From Selaginella moellendorffii (Eukaryota; Plantae; Lycopodiophyta), in assembly GCF_000143415.4 (NCBI RefSeq), contig NW_003314388.1:1-64000 (forward strand): DNA of 64,000 nt, read 5' to 3'. The position numbers and the translations under genes were made by a program. Positions 25,258-35,965 of the stretch are shown one piece after another; position 1 is the stretch's first letter, and every line of letters starts with the position of its first letter. A model generated the notes under the pieces. The model did no database searches. It was not told where the DNA came from and was given only the letters and a program-made list of their open reading frames with translations.

Positions 25258-26712
25258 TCACCGATAGTCTAGAACAGAGCAAGGGCTCTCGCCAAAGATC
25301 TTGGGCTTGCTCCTCAGCGACACCCACCACGCCTTGAGAAATCCATCCAGCCCGCCGCTGTAGACCATGCATCCGTCCACAATCCCCTCGATCGAGACGA
25401 TGACGCTCTTGATCGGGCAGCGGCTGTGCAAATCCTGGACCACGCACACGCAGGAATGCCGCTCGTCCTCGCGCCTCCACACCCGGATTGTCCGATCCGC
25501 CGATCCGCTGCACACGACGTCGCGCGCCGCCGAGATCGACAGCACTGACATGGAATGCCCGCACAGCGCCGCGAATTCCTCGCGATAAACCCTAATCTCT
25601 GGCTCTTCGCGAAGAACCCTAATTCCCTGGTTTTCCTCTTCCCCGGACTCCGACGATGATGGGTCCTCTGCTCCTCGCGGAGGCGATGCTTCGTCCTCCT
25701 GCTCGATCGCCACCATCCACACCGAGATCCTCCCATCGCTGCACCCCGCGTAGACCCAGCTCCCCCACAGCGCGATGCAATTCACGGGGCTGGGCTGCGC
25801 GAGCTCCACCACGAAGCTCAGCCCATCGCTCGATCCCTTCGTGTTCTTGTGGTTCTTCCTCGATCGATCGCACTTCCCCCACCTCCACACCTTGACTGAC
25901 GAGTCCGCCGAGGCCGAGAACAGGAACCCGCCTCGCGGCGCCACCGCCAGCGCGTTGATCGCGTCCGTGTGAGCGTCCCCGATGGATTCCAGGCAGCGCA
26001 GGTCGCGCAGCCGCCACGCCTTGAGCGATCGGTCCCAGGAGCCCGAGTAGAGGATCCCGGCGGCCTCGTCCACGGCCAGCGACGAGATGGTGTCGAAGTG
26101 CTGGTTCCAGGGGCTCTTGCGGTGGCGCCGGATCCTCACCAGGCCCTTGCTGCCGCGGATGGAGGTCGCCACCACGTCCCGGATGGTGGGGAGAGTGGCG
26201 ATCAAGCGGTGCTGCGATGGTGGCGATGGCGATGCCCGGCTCCAAGCCCGGATCTTGTGATCCTGGTGGGCGCTGTAGATCTCGAGGCCGGCGCGGCGTA
26301 CGAGGAGGGCCTTGACGGAGCCCGAGGAGGCAGCGGCGAGGCGATCGCTGGGCTGGAGATCGGCGAGGCGATACGAGCAGACGAGGCCATCCTCGGAGCC
26401 CGAGTAGAGCGAGTGGTCGGAGATGGCGAGCGCGCAGATGCCAGACGCGTGGGGCTTGAAGGAGAGGAGGCAGCGGAAGCCCGCGGAGGATCTGGAGGAG
26501 CTGCTGGGGCGGAGTTGATCGATCGCGGTGGCGAGGAGGAACTGCTGCTGCTGCTGCTCCGATTGATCCTTGTCGGAGGTGGTGGTGTCCGAGATGGAGT
26601 CCGAGATGGGGAGATCATCAAATGGGTCACGGAAGGACGAGGAGGCCATTGCGATCGAGGTGGAGCTGGATGGAAAGCACGCGAAGCTCCTCTTCTTCAT
26701 CAATCCGACCAT
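25258..26712 (-). CDS. Intronless WD40-repeat protein, JINGUBANG-like (second paralog)
   Basis: IYSAHQDHKIRAW, LYSGSWDRSLKAW, AHTDAINAL, CSGSADRTIRVW and YSGGLDGFLKAW. Confidence 0.9.
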   Translation of the reverse strand: MVGLMKKRSFACFPSSSTSIAMASSSFRDPFDDLPISDSISDTTTSDKDQSEQQQQQFLLATAIDQLRPSSSSRSSAGFRCLLSFKPHASGICALAISDHSLYSGSEDGLVCSYRLADLQPSDRLAAASSGSVKALLVRRAGLEIYSAHQDHKIRAWSRASPSPPSQHRLIATLPTIRDVVATSIRGSKGLVRIRRHRKSPWNQHFDTISSLAVDEAAGILYSGSWDRSLKAWRLRDLRCLESIGDAHTDAINALAVAPRGGFLFSASADSSVKVWRWGKCDRSRKNHKNTKGSSDGLSFVVELAQPSPVNCIALWGSWVYAGCSDGRISVWMVAIEQEDEASPPRGAEDPSSSESGEEENQGIRVLREEPEIRVYREEFAALCGHSMSVLSISAARDVVCSGSADRTIRVWRREDERHSCVCVVQDLHSRCPIKSVIVSIEGIVDGCMVYSGGLDGFLKAWWVSLRSKPKIFGESPCSVLDYR

Positions 26713-27810
26713 AGCTAGCTAGCTTCCTTTCTTCACACTCAAGTCTTCTCTATTGGCGAAGAAGATGATCGCTTTGTTCCACACCCCACACACAACAAAT
26801 GCGTGATCTTCCAGGACAGAAAAAGAGGGAAAACTCCCTTGAAACGACCCACCGGACGCTGACAATGTAAAGATGTTCTCCAGAACCGATCGACACCCAA
26901 AGCACAGGGAAAACAAGAAGGAATCTCTTCGATCAAACAGATCGTTCCCAAGGAAAGGAAAAGTCCTTCCAAGTACTGCTCCAAACCGAAAACTGGGGGA
27001 AAACAAGAACAGTGAGCATCACCAGCGACGAGAAAACGATTGCAATGCCCGATTGCCGCTCGATTCTCCGTGGCACAGCGCCTTCGATTCCTCGGTTTCT
27101 CTCTCCTGGACGCAACGGATCAAGAGGAAAAGCGAGAGAAACAGGAAAAAGAGGAAGAAAAAGCCCACAGCACTCTTTCTCCGCGGCGAGAGAGCAAAGA
27201 AAAAACAAAGAGAAGGGAATCCAACGTATTGATCACGGTAGCGTTAGCAGCATTCCACCCAGTCCGTGGGCTCCATTCTGCCCCGCCATCGCCAAAAGCC
27301 CTAGAAACAGAGCACCCCACAAACCCTAAAGCATGTTTAGGCGGCAAACGCGCGTGGGGGTTTACGAAATCAACGGGGCTACCGCTGGCCACGTGTCACG
27401 CAGGGTGGGGACCATAAACCGCCACGTGTGAAAGTAACCGTTGGGAGGAGAATATCCGCGCATCTGCTCAGTCAAGTAAAGCGCAATTTAAATAAGCGTT
27501 AAGCTTACGTCTTGGCGCCAAAGTTTGAAATTTTAAGATATTTTAACATTAGTCCAAGATTACATTTACCCGGAATCACTAAAAAGATTCTAAATCTAAC
27601 ACATGGAAATCGTGTTTGTTTGTTTGTCACTTTTTGTGATTTCCAGATCTCTACATTGATACTCAAGGTGGCATGCTTTGTCACTAAATCATCAGGTATC
27701 TCTAGCACTGGAGATGATCTGGTAGTGACATTAACACTAAGATCCAAAAAGAGATCTCTCTTTTGCAAAAATCTTCCGAGGTTATGGGATTTGCAATCTG
27801 TGTTTATTTT

Positions 27811-29072
27811 TTATGATTGATGATGAGTCCCTTCCAGAAGCTTTTGCTCCTCGTCCAGGAGCGTCTGGAGATCGCTACCATTTGCGAGGCTGTTAAACTC
27901 CACCGCGCGAGAGGGGAGCGAAGGATACCGTCGCTGGCAAAGCGTCATGAGCCGCTTGATCGACTGGAGGTACTTCCGCGTCGTCTCGTCGTTCATGATG
28001 TGAGCCACGCTGTTGGCGTAGATCTTCTCGCGCGCCGACCGCTCGTGGATGCCAACCATGGTGACACCGATCGGCCAGGGAGCGTTTCCAATCGCGAGCT
28101 TGATGTACTGGTCCATGGCGGCCAGGTAGTCGCGCCTCCGGCAGCAGTCCACCACGATCACCAAAGCCTGCCGGATATCATCCGGAAGAAGCTGCAAGGG
28201 AGAGAAACCATGAGAAAATCCATCTCCGGAGACAAACCAACTAGAAAAGCTTGCGAGAGAGAGAGAGAGTATCAAAGCGTCACCTTCTTGGAGCACAGCT
28301 TGAACAGGGGCTTGAGATATCTGGAGCACTGCTTGAAAGTAGCGACGATACGACCACCTCGCTTCTCGGCGTCGGGCCGCGCCTTGATCTCTTGCTCCCA
28401 TTCCTGGATAAGCCTCTTGAAGAAGACCAGGATCTTGTCCTCGTCGCACAGCTCCTCGAAGTTGGCCTTCATGAGGAGATCCTTGTCCTTGTCTCCGCCG
28501 CTCTCGCCATCCAGCGCTTCTCCCCCGGCGTTATCGTCTCCGCGATCGTCGTCCTCCTTCTCCTTGTTCTTCTCCTTCCTGGGCTCCAATCCGTGCTTCT
28601 CCCTCTTCTTGAGCTCCGCCAGATCCATGAGGAAATCGTTCCTCTGGCCCTCCATGAGCTCGCTGTCCGTGTCGGTCACCCCCGCCCGGAGCGCCACCTT
28701 GAGCCTCTCCAGCCGCATTTCATCGTCCTCGCCAAACAGCGTGATGGGCTGCTTGAGGAGGCGGAGGCGGCGGATCACCTCCGCGTTTGGGAGGACGAGA
28801 TCGTCCAGCTTCTCCTCCTCGCTGAGATTTACCCGGGATTTCGACGACGTCGCCGACGCCGACGGCCGCTCGCTGCTCTGGTCATCGCTCCTCACCTCGC
28901 CGCCCTTGCTGCTGCCCGCCGCCCTAGCTCTGGCCGCCGCCGCGTCCTCCTCCCTCCGCCGCTTCTCTAGCTCCTTCTTCTCCAACTCCGCGCGCTTCAC
29001 GAACTTGCGGCTCCCGAATTCCTCCTGCATTTGCTTGCGCTTGCGCTCGATCTCCTGCTTGAGCGCGTCCAT
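27811..29072 (-). CDS. PRP18: Pre-mRNA splicing factor 18 (exons 29072-28284, 28191-27811)
   Basis: EVIRRLRLLKQPITLFGE (PRP4-like motif) and YIKLAIGNAPWPIGVTMVGIHERSAREKI...TRKYLQSIKRL. Confidence 0.95.
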
Positions 29073-29165
29073 CCTCCCGTGCGCGAAAGCCCTAACCTGG
29101 GATTTTAGGGCTCTTCGAAACCTAGAATATATACTTGAGGATATTCTTTCATTTTAAATGTGACG

Positions 29166-30024
29166 CTATTCTTCTGGGTAATCGCCAAAGCCCTGGAACG
29201 ATGGCGATGTCCATCCGAGGCGATTTTCCAGGGACACGATTCTACTCTGTTGCTTGCCAAAATCGGTGAGCGGCGTGGTGAGAGGATAGATGTAGACCAC
29301 TTTCTTTGCGATTGATCTGTAAGTCACCGTGTTGTTCTTCACCAGGAACTCGATGGCGTCTCGTCCCAAAAATCCATCCATCTCGGCCAGGAGGTAGTCA
29401 CCACCTGGAGAGATTTTGGAACAAACTTAGTTGAGCTTCGATCGATTCAAGCTATAGATCCATTGCTATACCATTTTCTAAGTGTTTGATTTCCACAATG
29501 GTTGGATTCTTCTCGGTAGACAAGATTGCGTCCTTGATTTTCTGGAAGATCGAGAGAGATTAAGAAAGTGAAAGAGAGAATTCTTCTACCTGGATAGCGG
29601 TAGAAGAATCCTTGTCTGGAATCGTCCACGGAATCGCCGCGGAGGCTCCATATCTCGAAGAAGTGGAGATGCAATTGGGATTAATGTCCAGTGGACACGG
29701 ACGAATTCTCCTGCGAGCAAGAAATGTTTGCAAGCTTGGTCCAAAGAAAAGGAGATTTTCGTGAATCACTCACCCGTCCAATAATCCCATCTCCGGAGGC
29801 TCCTGCGCTCGAGAATACGGCGTCACAGGATCAGCATTTGCCCAGGCAGGCTGCGCGGCGAGCAAAATCGATCCGGCCAAAGCAACCAGTGCCTGCATTC
29901 TTCTCGCTCCTCGCGATTCTTCGCTCCAGCAGCACGAAACAGCTATCGATTTCGTGGAGAGCTCCGGCCGTGTGCCTGGACTCCTCAGCCGGAGCGGCAT
30001 TGCGACGGGAGAGAGGAGCGCCAT
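29166..30024 (-). CDS. Thylakoid lumenal 17.9 kDa-like protein (DUF1499 family), multi-exon
   Basis: Bipartite transit peptide ending AWA, then PYSRAQ...GLLDG|RIRPCPLDINPNCIST... and a last exon EFLVKNNTVTYRS...YPLTTPLTDFGKQ...RLGW. Confidence 0.8.
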
Positions 30025-30093
30025 AGCCCATAGCCCTAAAAACAGAGGACCGAAATATTTCTATCTAGCCTAAAACCCTAGTTTCCGTTTGCC

Positions 30094-31721
30094 ATGGAGG
30101 CTTTGAGAGCGAGCGCCTTGGCTATGGCGCCGACAACACAGCAGCGCCTCCAGTTGCCCTCGCAGGTATCCAAGAGGTTCTCAGTGGATACTGGATTTTG
30201 TGCAAGAACTCGATTCCATGAGCAAGCTCTCGAGGGGGGGAAGAGAATGTCATCGATTTCATGGACGGTATGTGCTGCTTTAGATACTGGCAGCCAATCG
30301 GTGACAGAGCTAGGTAAGTGTCTCGATTCTCTAGGAGCAAAGGCTGATGAATCGATCAAACTCGGCAGAATTTTACAGTTTGAGGAAGGATGTAGAGAAT
30401 GTGGCCGCTCGCGTTCGCCAGCTCCTCGATTCGGCAGATCTGGAGCAACAGGAAGCTGTTCTGGCCGACCTGGAGAACCAAGCGAGCGATCCAGCGTTTT
30501 GGGAAGAGCGTTCCAAGGCACAGAAGATACTCTCCGAGCTCAACGAGATCAAAGATCGCGTCAATCTTTACAAAACTTTTCGAGCCAAGGTAATTTGCTG
30601 AGAAAAACAAACTACAAGCACTTTAACTTGGAAGAACAGGTTGACGATGCCCAATGCATAGTGGAACTTTTGGAGGAAATGGAGAGTCCGGACGCTGCTT
30701 TGAAACTGGAAGCCGCGGAGACGGTCTCGTGGATCACCGCGGCGATGGATAGGTTCGAGTTAAACAAGCTCCTGTCTGGAACTTATGACAAAGAAGGAGC
30801 TCGGATCACTATTACCGCAGGCGCTGGCGGAACCGATGCGCAGGTAACATCTTGTGCTGATATCTTTTTGGAAGGTTTGAGATTGTTCTACATACATTCC
30901 AGCACAGGATTGGGCTGAGATGCTTCTAAGGATGTACCAGCGATGGGCTACCAGGTCGGGATTTAAGTCGACTGTGGTGGAGAGTTCTCCTGGCGAGGAA
31001 GCTGGGATCAAATCGGCCACACTCGAGATCGACGGGAGATATGCGTATGGTTATATCTCCGGAGAGAAAGGCACGCACAGGCTGGTGAGACAATCGCCTT
31101 TCAACTCTAAAGGTCTCCGACAGGTGAGGCAAACGGTAGTTTCATCGAAACTCTTGTCTCAACGTTTGCTTCTCTTCACAGACAAGCTTTGCAGGAGTGG
31201 AAGTGATGCCTCTGCTGGAAGAGAGCGAGATCGAGGTGGAGATACCCGAAGGCGACCTCGAGATTACAACGTGTAGATCTGGAGGCAAAGGCGGGCAGAA
31301 CGTAAACAAGGTCGAGACTGCTGTTCGTGTCACGCACATTCCAACAGGGATTGCTCTTCGCTGCTCAGGTACATGAAACGAAGTAACAGCGCAGTGCTCT
31401 AAAACTTTCTTCATGTTTCCAGAGGAAAGAAGCCAACTCCAGAACAAGATAAAAGCAATCGCGCTGCTCAAATCCAAGCTCCTGGTGATTCTCGAGGACC
31501 AAAGGGCTGCCGAGATCAAAGAGATTCGAGGGGACGTTGTCAAGGCGGAGTGGGGGCAGCAAATAAGAAACTACGTCTTCCATCCTTACAAGCTCGTCAA
31601 GGATTTGAGAACAAACGTGGAGACGTCGGATATCAGTGGAATCATGGACGGGAATTTGGAGCCACTTCTCACAGCGTATCTCATGTCCAAGCAGTCGAGC
31701 TCCTCGCCAGTGCCAGCGTAA
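30094..31721 (+). CDS. prfB: Chloroplast peptide chain release factor 2 (PrfB1/HCF109-like), multi-exon
   Basis: AGAGGTDAQ|[39 protein letters not shown] (GGQ motif), [18 protein letters not shown]; transit-peptide-like N-terminus. Confidence 0.95.
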
Positions 31722-31862
31722 GTTACATGAGATCGTTCCATAGTTCCATAGTTAATACATTGTATTCTTTTCTTTGGTAACTACTATAACACTTTGATAT
31801 GATAGACTATAAGATTGCTTTTGCCCTATTTCGTTTGAGCTCCTCCGTGGCTGGGCGGGGAA

Positions 31863-34095
31863 ATGAGGATCGTGAGCTACAATGTGAATGGACTGAGAGC
31901 GCGATTGTCTCCAGCGAGATCGCTGCGCGCCTTCTTGGACTCGCTTGACGCAGACATCATATGCCTCCAGGTGAGAGATTGGATTTTCGATTGTTCTTGC
32001 TGATTTGTTCTTTGTTCTCGGGCTAGGAGACTAAGATTCGCAGGCAGGAGCTCACGGCGGATATTGCCACGCCGCAAGGATACGAATCCTTCTTCTCTTG
32101 CACGCGCACCGTGAAGAAAGGCCGCCTCGGCTACTCAGGTATGATTTTGGTATTGTTTTGCATTGTTGGACTGGGTAGAGACTTTGCGATTTAGAACTTT
32201 TCTTCATCCTTGGCATTGGATTAAAGCGCACTGCTGGTCAGGTGTGGCTACGTTTTGCAAGGTGGAGTGTGGAAACAATGTAGCGTTGCCTGTGGCTGCC
32301 GAGGAAGGCTTTACGGGTCTCTTGACTAGTGCCAGAGCTGGTGAAGGTGACAAAGAGTTCTGGCTTGGAAGCTACGATCCAGTTCTAACCGTGGAAGGAT
32401 TTACGAGGCAGGAACTTCTCGATTTGGACAACGAAGGCCGATGCATCGTCACGGATCACGGGCATTTTGGTATGGAGCTTCCTCGCTTTCATTCGCACTG
32501 ATTGTTCTGTTCTGTTTGTTGATGGATTCTTTCTACCTAGTACTCTTCAATGTCTATGGTCCTAATGTTGGCTGTGGAGACGCTGAACGACAGGACTTTA
32601 AGCTCAACTTTTACCAAGTGTTACAGGTATTGACAGATGCGTTGCTGTTTGTTGTGAACCTTTTTCTTCCTTCGCAGTGTAGGCTGGAAAGCATCTTAAA
32701 ACAAGGCAGGAGGATTATTATTGTGGGGGACTTGAACATTTCTCCATATCCTATCGACTCATGTGACCCTGGCCCAGAATTTGATACCAGTCCGTAAGTC
32801 ACTCACTGATTTCTAGTACTTTTTTAACATGTTCATTTTAACAGGAGCCGTCAATGGTTTAGATCATTGCTGGTGAGCGAGGGTGGTGCGTTTTCAGACG
32901 CGTTTCGCGTGTTTCATCCTGAAAGGTAACTCTTCACGGTTTTTGTCTGGCCAAAACATATGTGCTTATAAATATGTTGTTCAGAGCAGAGGCTTACACA
33001 TGCTGGTCTCAGGCATCGGGTGCGGAGGAGTTTAACTACGGCAGTCGTATTGATCACGTTCTTATTGCCGGTCCCTGCGCTGGCCATTGCCAGTCTCCTG
33101 ATGGATCGCATGGCAATAGTAGCTGTGACGGATTTGCAAAGTGTGGAACAGATATGTGTGACATTCTTCTCGAGTTTAAGCGTGCAAAGCTGGACACCCT
33201 TCCGAGGTACGCAAAAAAGACAGACTAGTTGTTGCCAGTGTTGATGTTTCTCTATGGCAGATGGAGTGGTGGGAGAAGCTTAAAACTGGATGGTTCAGAT
33301 CATGCTCCTGTTATTCTGCAGCTTAAGCATTTACCTTCCATTCCACCACATGAAGCTCCACAACTGGCTGCTCGATTTATGCCTGAGCTCCGCGGTCGTC
33401 AGCAAAGTATCGGTAAGTAACTTCTTATAGCGAAGGACGTTTCTGACAACCGCTAGCGCTGACTGGTGCAGTTTCCATTTTCCAAAAGCTCAACGACAAA
33501 GCAACAGCTAACACGGAGCCTGATACAAGCCGAAATGTTTCCAAGCCCGCTTTTACACAGGAAACGGGCAGCAGGAAACTACAGAGGCTGTCACAAAGCA
33601 GATTGACACGGTTTTGCTATCAAAGGCATGAATCTTCTGACAAAATGAGCTGCACAGAGGTCGCAGTGCATGGGCAGAGCTCCAGCCTTACGGATGAAAT
33701 CCAGCAATCACCTGAATCATGCGACAATAACAACTGCTCAGAGGTTGCAGCTTGCGGGGAGAGTGCCAGTCTGATGGATATGTCAGATGAAACACCGACG
33801 GAAAGCTCTCAGCAAAGCTTGGAAAAATCTGCAGCAGGCTGGGAAAGACTGAAGAGCCTGATGTCGCGAAATCTTCCATTGTGCAAGGGACACGGTGAGC
33901 CTTGTGTCGTGAGAACAGTTAAGAAGGCTGGTCCCAATCTTGGCCGTGGTTTCTACGTCTGTGCTCGAGCAAAGGTGATCTTCCTTGAAAGATTCTTCAT
34001 AATTTATTCGTTGTTTCGAGCAGGGCCCAGCTTCCAATCCTGAAGCGAGGTGCGATCATTTTCAGTGGTCTTCGTCCAGGACAAGAAAGAAGTGA
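31863..34095 (+). CDS. APE2: AP endonuclease 2 (EEP domain plus C-terminal zf-GRF), multi-exon
   Basis: [35 protein letters not shown] and CKGHGEPC...[11 protein letters not shown]...CDHFQW. Confidence 0.92.
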
Positions 34096-34584
34096 AAAGT
34101 TGCTTCTATATCTAAGCTATTAACGTGCATTCGAGTACACCGATTGTTATATCTCAGCTTCGCTGCTTAGGTGAGAGCGTCTTAACACAGGTACTTCTAT
34201 TATGAGTTTCCTGAGCTCGCTCACAAGCTCGCGTTCCGAGAACTGGAACGCCTTGGCAATCACGTCGTCGCTCTTGGGAAGTTCCCAGATTCTGGCTGTT
34301 AAACGCGCCGATCCCCACAGCTACCTCCTTCGCAACGTTGAGCTGAAAGTGGACGACCCGAGGAAACACGAACATGTTCCCGGCCTGGATCACCCCTCTG
34401 AACAAAGAGGAGCTCTGTGACGAGCGACCTCAACTTGTTACACGTTATTATCGTCCTCGAAGAATCTTGTTGGACATCTTGAATGGCTTCCAAGCTTTCT
34501 TCAAGTACGAAGATGGTCGAGGATCTATGTCTTGGAAGCTAAGCTGTCAATGGAAGCCTCAAAGATGTGTGAGCTTTGAAAGTA

Positions 34585-35113
34585 CTATCTACTTTCGTCT
34601 GGAGGCGACGAGGCCATGGCGTTTGATCGCTCCCCCGTGATGACTGGCATCCACAGCTTAGAAGTCTCTCTCAAGAGGCTCTCGGCCTCTTCGTCCTGGG
34701 CCAATTCCGCGACTTTGGCTTCCAAGAGTCCCATCCTCTCGCTCAAATCGCTAAGCTGGTTCTCGATCTATACACAAACAAAACACACACACTCAGTGAA
34801 CAACAAGAAGGTTAAAAAAAAAAAACCTCTTACATCCTCCGCAGGCGCAGGAACTTTGCTCGTTTCGGCGAAGAGATCACTGAGCTTGTCCCGGAGCTCC
34901 AAATCGGCAGCCCCTTCAGCCTCCTCGAACTGCCAATTCAAAGGAGGTAGCACCAATCAATTCCACAGACTTGAAGGCTAGCTCTACCTGATTCAAGATG
35001 GCGTGAAGGCAATTAAACAGATCAGAAGTGGTGGCCGCCTGCTGGGGTGGCGCTACATTCTCCACGGGGGCCTCTTCTTCTTCTTCTTCAGGCGCCAAGC
35101 TCGTCATAGCCAT
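34585..35113 (-). CDS. Small acidic coiled-coil protein of unknown function, 134 aa (exons 35113-34988, 34929-34834, 34767-34585)
   Basis: Three phase-0 exons with GT-AG introns splice into one open frame, MAMTSLAPEEEE...LLRETSKLWMPVITGERS...; a telo-box AACCCTAAA lies next to the ATG. Confidence 0.75.
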
Positions 35114-35965
35114 GAACCCTAAATTTGACAAAAGTAAATCATATAATCTTAAACATATTCAAAAAAATTCTGAACCCTAAATTTGAAAAAATTAAATCAT
35201 ATCATCTTATACGTTACCTAATTCACTCCACGTGTTCTTCATGCTCCAGTCCAACCAACTTCCCTTCTCTCTCTCAGATCGGGTTGGTGCATTCAAAATA
35301 CAAGAATACAATTCGTGTTGAACTAAAAGTTTAATACAGAATTGAGTGCCATTCCAGAATGGCTCCTCTTTTTCTCTGTTTCTTTGTCCTTTTACTGTAC
35401 AAAATGGCCTACCTTGCGACGAACAAGGCTTTGTTAGTTTCCTTGTTACGCATCAGGCGAAGGAGACGACTGAGTCGAGATCGATGGCGATGATGCCTCG
35501 AGTAGAGATTGTGGAACCGGAATGAGGGAGTTTCTGCATCTCTCACACAAAAGAGTCCTCGTCCGATCCTCGAGCACAGGCCAGGAGGCTGGCGGCCGCT
35601 CCTGCGAAGACTAGAATGGCCAAGCAGCAGCTCATTGAGAAAGTTTGCTGGCTCTTTCCCTAGTCTAGAATTTTCAATGAGAATTTTTTACTTACATGCT
35701 AGGCTCATGCGTGCACAGGGAGTAACTGAGGAACAGCTAAATCGCAGGACTCCTTTGCACCGTTGCTTTGTGGAAACTTTGGAGTGTCCGATGGTGTGGA
35801 GAGAGGTCTTAAGGTTTGATCTCTAATCGACATACAATACATGAACTATGGATAACCCAGGCATATCAGCAAAAACATTCCACCTGCTTTCTTTTGTTTT
35901 TTTTCTTTGAATACAAACTCCTTTTCTTCATTTTAGTAGTTTTACAAAGCCTGTGCCCTTCTTCT

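Noticed and set aside
27817-29157. 446-aa plus-strand ORF, and similar long antisense ORFs over the WD40, PP2C and PPR genes
   Set aside because: Shadow ORFs opposite GC-rich real genes such as PRP18.
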